IMG/VR virus record: IMGVR_UViG_3300018427_001843
DNA length: 20,000 bases
Origin: an uncultured virus (IMG/VR IMGVR_UViG_3300018427_001843)
Taxonomy: Duplodnaviria > Heunggongvirae > Uroviricota > Caudoviricetes
Strand: one strand, 5' to 3'
Every line of letters starts with the position of its first letter. The stretch's first letter is position 1. Under the pieces are notes generated by a model, which saw only the letters and a list, made by a program, of their open reading frames with translations, made no database searches and was not told the DNA's origin. This document shows positions 16,515 to 20,000 of the stretch, piece after piece. A program made the translations under genes and the position numbers.

Positions 16515-16950
16515 GAATTACGGCGATAGAAATTTCTATGAGTACGGAGTGCTTGTAGATGATTCTGCAAGCGCCGGCAGCGTATTCGATATGCTTCTGT
16601 GCAGACCGTACGCATCACTGAAAAGGGTCGGCGAAGGCTTGCGCTGGTCGTCTTCGGACACAGAAGACATGTATCAGTTTGCGAGAGTTTCTGTAGATAT
16701 CAGCGATAGCTGGATCGACAAGGCCGCTGTAATGTCTTATGCAGGCATGTGTGAAGAGGACTTTGATCCTCTTCACTTTGCCATCGCCTGTACGGACTAC
16801 TACAGCTGGGATAATTTCGGAGCTGACTACTTCCGAGACTGGCAGCACATGACAAGGGCAGACGTACGCAGGGAGCTTGAGGGCTACCTGCAGCCTGTTG
16901 AGGAAATGGTCGATCTGTCTTGTTTCGACGATCCGTTTTCTGAAGATTAA
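16507..16950 (+). CDS. Acidic hypothetical protein
   Basis: AAGGAGGT RBS before ATG 16507 (MYRNYGDRNFYEYG...). Confidence 0.8.
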   Translation: MYRNYGDRNFYEYGVLVDDSASAGSVFDMLLCRPYASLKRVGEGLRWSSSDTEDMYQFARVSVDISDSWIDKAAVMSYAGMCEEDFDPLHFAIACTDYYSWDNFGADYFRDWQHMTRADVRRELEGYLQPVEEMVDLSCFDDPFSED

Positions 16951-16964
16951 GGAGGTAAAAGAGA

Positions 16965-17522
16965 ATGAGAAAATACTCATGGGGTTCGCAGTACAGAAAA
17001 AACTGTATTGCACTGACGGTCGATGAGTTCCGTGAACTCTTAGACACCATTTATAAAAGGCCTGTCAGCGTTGATTTTGATGCGGATGGTCTTTACATCG
17101 GCTTTCTGGAGGACGATGATACTGAACTCCCGATAGAGGATATTCATAAGAGGCTGGCAGAAAAGTTTGATGTGGGCGAGGTGACCTCGATTCACATCGA
17201 TGACTTTGAGCCTCCGCTGATATGGATAGTCTATAAGGATTCAAGAGTGTCATTCCTTGACGGTGAGAGCGGGCTGGCAAAGCTCTGTACAAGAGCAGTC
17301 AATTCGTACTCGTTCAACTATAAGGAATTCTGCAAGGCGATGGCTCTGGAGCACAAGACACTGCAGCAGTCATTCACAAGACTTTGCCTTGCCTGGATAA
17401 GGCATTGCGCTGAGCTTGAAGACTGGCAGATCGATGGCAGAAACGAGTTCAGCGTAAAGGTATGCAGGATAATCGCCAAAGCGCTCGATGAAGAGGGCAT
17501 AGGCGGAGTGCCGATGATATAA
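16965..17522 (+). CDS. Hypothetical protein, 185 aa
   Basis: AAGGAGGT RBS; co-oriented and closely packed. Confidence 0.8.
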   Translation: MRKYSWGSQYRKNCIALTVDEFRELLDTIYKRPVSVDFDADGLYIGFLEDDDTELPIEDIHKRLAEKFDVGEVTSIHIDDFEPPLIWIVYKDSRVSFLDGESGLAKLCTRAVNSYSFNYKEFCKAMALEHKTLQQSFTRLCLAWIRHCAELEDWQIDGRNEFSVKVCRIIAKALDEEGIGGVPMI

Positions 17523-17534
17523 GGGGGGTGCGAT

Positions 17535-17693
17535 ATGGTACACGTAGTATTCGAATACAAAGACTCGCTGTCAAAAGGCGAGTGGAGAAAGCAGGAATGC
17601 TTTGTCAGCAGTGTGGAGCAGTGCAAGAAGATCTACGGACTCGGCATTGATCCGGACTGCGAGTACAGGATCATCGAAGTAGAGGAGGTGTAA
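17535..17693 (+). CDS. Small hypothetical protein, 52 aa
   Basis: Not in the ORF track. AAGGGGGGTG RBS; MVHVVFEYKDSLSKGEWRKQECFVSSVEQCKKIYGLGIDPDCEYRIIEVEEV; fills the gap between two genes exactly. Confidence 0.8.
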   Translation: MVHVVFEYKDSLSKGEWRKQECFVSSVEQCKKIYGLGIDPDCEYRIIEVEEV

Positions 17694-17694
17694 T

Positions 17695-18144
17695 ATGGGA
17701 CAGTTTTCATGGCTTGACTGTATAAGCGGAGAGCAGGTTCTTGACGATGTCAGCAGAGACGTCTATCTCCTCATTCCGAAGGAGTTCGGGGGCGGACACA
17801 TAAAAGAGACCTGCTATGACGGATACGGCCGTTTCGGAGGCTATGATGTCTATGAGCTCGTAGCAGACTGGAACAAAAGCTTCATCTATACGGTCCTGAA
17901 TGAACTCAAACCATACTGGACGGCTTCTCTCGACGAGACGAATCTTCTGAACTTCGCAAAAGGCGAACCGATAGATACTGAAAAACGAATCATCGGCATC
18001 GATCTTGCGTGCTATGACGAAGATAATGCTCGTCTGAGATACCCGATCAAAATCACTCATGACCCGAATGCTGTATATGAACAGTGTTCGCCGTCACCAT
18101 CTGATCCGAATCAGGGATGGCCGTCGGATGATCGCTGGTTCTGA
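17695..18144 (+). CDS. Hypothetical protein, 149 aa
   Basis: GGAGGTG RBS; MGQFSW N-terminus and YDGYGRFGGYDVYEL motif. Confidence 0.82.
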   Translation: MGQFSWLDCISGEQVLDDVSRDVYLLIPKEFGGGHIKETCYDGYGRFGGYDVYELVADWNKSFIYTVLNELKPYWTASLDETNLLNFAKGEPIDTEKRIIGIDLACYDEDNARLRYPIKITHDPNAVYEQCSPSPSDPNQGWPSDDRWF

Positions 18145-18192
18145 CTTCGTTCGTAAAACAAAGGATGAGAAAAAAGAAAGGAGGTGATGCCT

Positions 18193-18321
18193 ATGAGTGG
18201 GAAACACTATAAGCGCGAAAAAAGCCGCTACTGTTCGTTCTTCCAGGACGTTCTTGTAGCGACTTGCGCAAGTTTGCTTGTCGAGGCCATCAGATATGTT
18301 ATCTGCTGGCTCTTTGACTAA
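18193..18321 (+). CDS. Putative type I toxin-like small membrane peptide, 42 aa
   Basis: Not in the ORF track. GAAAGGAGGTGATGCCT-ATG; MSGKHYKREKSRYCSFFQDVLVATCASLLVEAIRYVICWLFD has a basic N-terminus and one hydrophobic helix. Confidence 0.65.
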   Translation: MSGKHYKREKSRYCSFFQDVLVATCASLLVEAIRYVICWLFD

Positions 18322-18355
18322 GTGAGCTTTTGCTGTGGGGTGCTACTCCACCCCA
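18218..18355 (-). ncRNA. Putative antisense (antitoxin) RNA
   Basis: A minus-strand promoter sits immediately upstream. AAGCCGCTAC/GTAGCGACTT hairpin (18222-18265) next to an A run forms a minus-strand terminator. Boundaries are inferred. Confidence 0.55.
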
Positions 18356-18360
18356 CAGCG

Positions 18361-18390
18361 ATTATAGCATATCCCACTTCATAGGTGCAA
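18361..18390 (-). promoter_or_regulatory. Antisense sigma-A promoter with extended -10
   Basis: On the minus strand: TTGCAC (18390-18385), 18 nt spacer ending TGC, TATAAT (18366-18361). Confidence 0.7.
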
Positions 18391-18491
18391 TTATGGGGGC
18401 ATTTTGGGAATTTGCTCTGATCTTTCTGACAGCATTTGCTGTTACCAGGATCAGGCACAGAAACAAATAAAATGACTAAGGAGGTATACAA

Positions 18492-18918
18492 ATGAGTACT
18501 TATTCCTGGGTGATACATTATGTTTCCGGAATGACGTCCTGCGAACAGTGCGGCAGAAAGGAAGATAGCCTGCGCAGCAAAATGTGTGATGCGCATACAC
18601 GGACTCAATGAGTTCGGCAGTCCTGAACTGCAGATCGTAGTGGCTATGCCGCCCGAAGCAGCCGCCTGGATACTCAATTCTGTTGGTGAGATGATCAGAG
18701 ACGGTCTCGTTCTTGAAGACGGAATGTCGATCTCCGGACTTCTTGCCAATGACGCAGAGCTGAGAGTGTTCAAGACCACTGCTCATGACGGACAGCCGGT
18801 ATTCAGGCTGATAGTGCCGGACGAACGTTTTCAGTTCCCTCCGGAATCCAGACAGTATCCATTCTCAGCCCAGTATGAATCACCATATCTGAATCAGAAA
18901 GAAAGAAGGATGTCATGA
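18492..18918 (+). pseudogene. Frameshifted hypothetical gene (DUF4262-like C-terminal part)
   Basis: AAGGAGGT RBS and ATG 18492 give MSTYSW...CEQCG...MCDAHT, then stop at 18611. The coding sequence continues in another frame as HGLNEFGSPELQIVV. Adding 2 nt to CATACAC restores AHTHGL. Confidence 0.7.
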
Positions 18919-19172
18919 TAGAGACCTATGATGAGGTCGTGATCGATTTTACAGGATGGAGCGGGGGAAGCCCTTGCGGAGCTGTCGCATTCGTTAATAA
19001 CAAGGCTGTTACAAGCGAATATTGCGATGATGTCGATGACTTCAAGCATTTTCTTGATGCTCAGATCAGCAGACTTTTCGCTTCTACAGCCCTCTCTTTT
19101 AAGGTAAGGGCGTATGACATCGGTTATCTTGAAGAGCCGATTGCCAGAATCTGTCAACCACTCACCGCTTAG
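18915..19172 (+). CDS. Hypothetical protein interrupted at its 3' end by the iscB element
   Basis: ATGA overlap with the upstream gene. The last residues (QPLTA-stop) come from the element end at 19153. Confidence 0.65.
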   Translation: MIETYDEVVIDFTGWSGGSPCGAVAFVNNKAVTSEYCDDVDDFKHFLDAQISRLFASTALSFKVRAYDIGYLEEPIARICQPLTA

Positions 19173-19470
19173 AGCTTTCATCTCTTGAAGCGGGGGCTTG
19201 TGAAAACAAGTCAGTTGATTAGCCTAAGTGCTCAGGGCACTACGTTATCCGCGAATGGCCGCGACCAAACAGGTATGTCAGGATACTCCACAAGTTCTGA
19301 CCTCTACGGACATACGTTAAACATCGGTGAGGGTAGCCGAAGTGCGTATGTCATCAAACCGCGGAATAACATTGGCGATGTGGACACCGCCCTACGGGGC
19401 GAGGATCCGTACACACGCCTCTATAGAGAAACGGTGTGCGGAAGCCGTAAGGCAAAGCACGTTAGAGCAA
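19153..19470 (+). ncRNA. IscB omegaRNA (HEARO-type) scaffold; guide would be the ~20 nt upstream
   Basis: TCAAC/GTTGA stem, CTACGTT...AACATTGGCGA core, GTCAGGA/TTCTGAC hairpin whose loop TCCACA (19287-19292) is complementary to TGTGGA (19379-19384). The 3' boundary is approximate. Confidence 0.88.
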
Positions 19471-19494
19471 ACGAGAAAGAGAAAGGAGGAGCGC

Positions 19495-20000
19495 ATGACA
19501 ATCTTCGTCATCTCGGCAGAAGGCGAAAAGCTGATGCCGACGACAAACATCAGGAAGATAAGAAAGCTCCTCCGATCCGGAAGAGCAAAGATCGTAAAGT
19601 ATATGCCGTTCACCGTACAGCTTATGTACGAGAGCGGAAACGCTGTGCAGCCTATCGAATTTACGGAAGATACCGGCTATCAGTATATCGGAGTCTCTCT
19701 CAAGTCGGAGAAGCACGAATACGTAAGCGCCGAGTATACGCTTCTTAAAAACGAGAAGCAGCATCACGATGACCAGCGCCGCGAGGTGAGGCGTCCTCGG
19801 CGAAACAGGAAGCGCTACCGCAAGGCGCGCTTTGATAACAGGAGAAGACCTGAAGGCTGGCTCGCTCCGTCGCTCAGAAACAAGGCGGACCGCCACGTTG
19901 ACATCTTCAGGATGTACTATGCGGTATGCCCAATAACGAGCGTCTCGCTGGAGATGGGCCAGTTCGATACGGCGGTCCTTGATGCTGTAGAGCAGGGGAA
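19495..20000 (+). CDS. iscB: RNA-guided endonuclease IscB, N-terminal part (truncated by window end)
   Basis: Not in the ORF track. MTIFVISAEGEKLMPT (PLMP domain), PFTVQL, RuvC-I EDTGYQYIG, Arg-rich bridge helix RRPRRNRKRYRKARFDNR, WLAPSL, RuvC-II LEMGQFD. The HNH domain is not visible in the window. Confidence 0.93.
   Translation, partial: MTIFVISAEGEKLMPTTNIRKIRKLLRSGRAKIVKYMPFTVQLMYESGNAVQPIEFTEDTGYQYIGVSLKSEKHEYVSAEYTLLKNEKQHHDDQRREVRRPRRNRKRYRKARFDNRRRPEGWLAPSLRNKADRHVDIFRMYYAVCPITSVSLEMGQFDTAVLDAVEQG

Larger units (their letters stand above)
19153..20000 (+). mobile_element. IS200/IS605-superfamily iscB element (continues beyond window)
   Basis: GTCAACCACTCACCGCTTAG...GAAGCGGGGGCTTG end hairpin, structured RNA, then iscB. 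Confidence 0.92.

Noticed and set aside
19185..19748. 187-aa + strand ORF
   Set aside because: It runs across the omegaRNA and overlaps iscB out of frame, with no RBS, so it is a shadow ORF.
405..19896. All minus-strand ORFs in the track
   Set aside because: Nearly all lie antisense to well-supported + strand genes, the rest overlap regulatory or intergenic DNA, and none shows a convincing RBS or recognisable motif.

Overview
AT-moderate Firmicutes-type DNA (strong GGAGG RBSs, sigma-A promoters) that looks like part of a large mobile element (plasmid, ICE or phage). All credible genes are on the + strand. Positions 1-5123 hold a type I restriction-modification locus (3' part of hsdM, hsdS, hsdR), followed by a small ribbon-helix-helix gene. 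From about 5850 there are two long operons of small, mostly acidic hypothetical genes. They include a tandem PC4/YdbC protein, an orphan DNA methyltransferase with a winged-helix tail, an HD hydrolase, a DUF5688-like protein and a type I toxin-antitoxin-like module. Each operon is preceded by a copy of the same ~200 bp module: promoter, long hairpin, terminator-like hairpin. Two IS200/IS605-superfamily insertions interrupt genes: a canonical omegaRNA-iscB element (19153 to window end) and an unusual element (9721-11151). In the latter, an intact tnpB has its normal downstream omegaRNA/right end but is also preceded by a compact IscB/IsrB-type omegaRNA scaffold. All family assignments come from motif recognition by eye, not from database searches.
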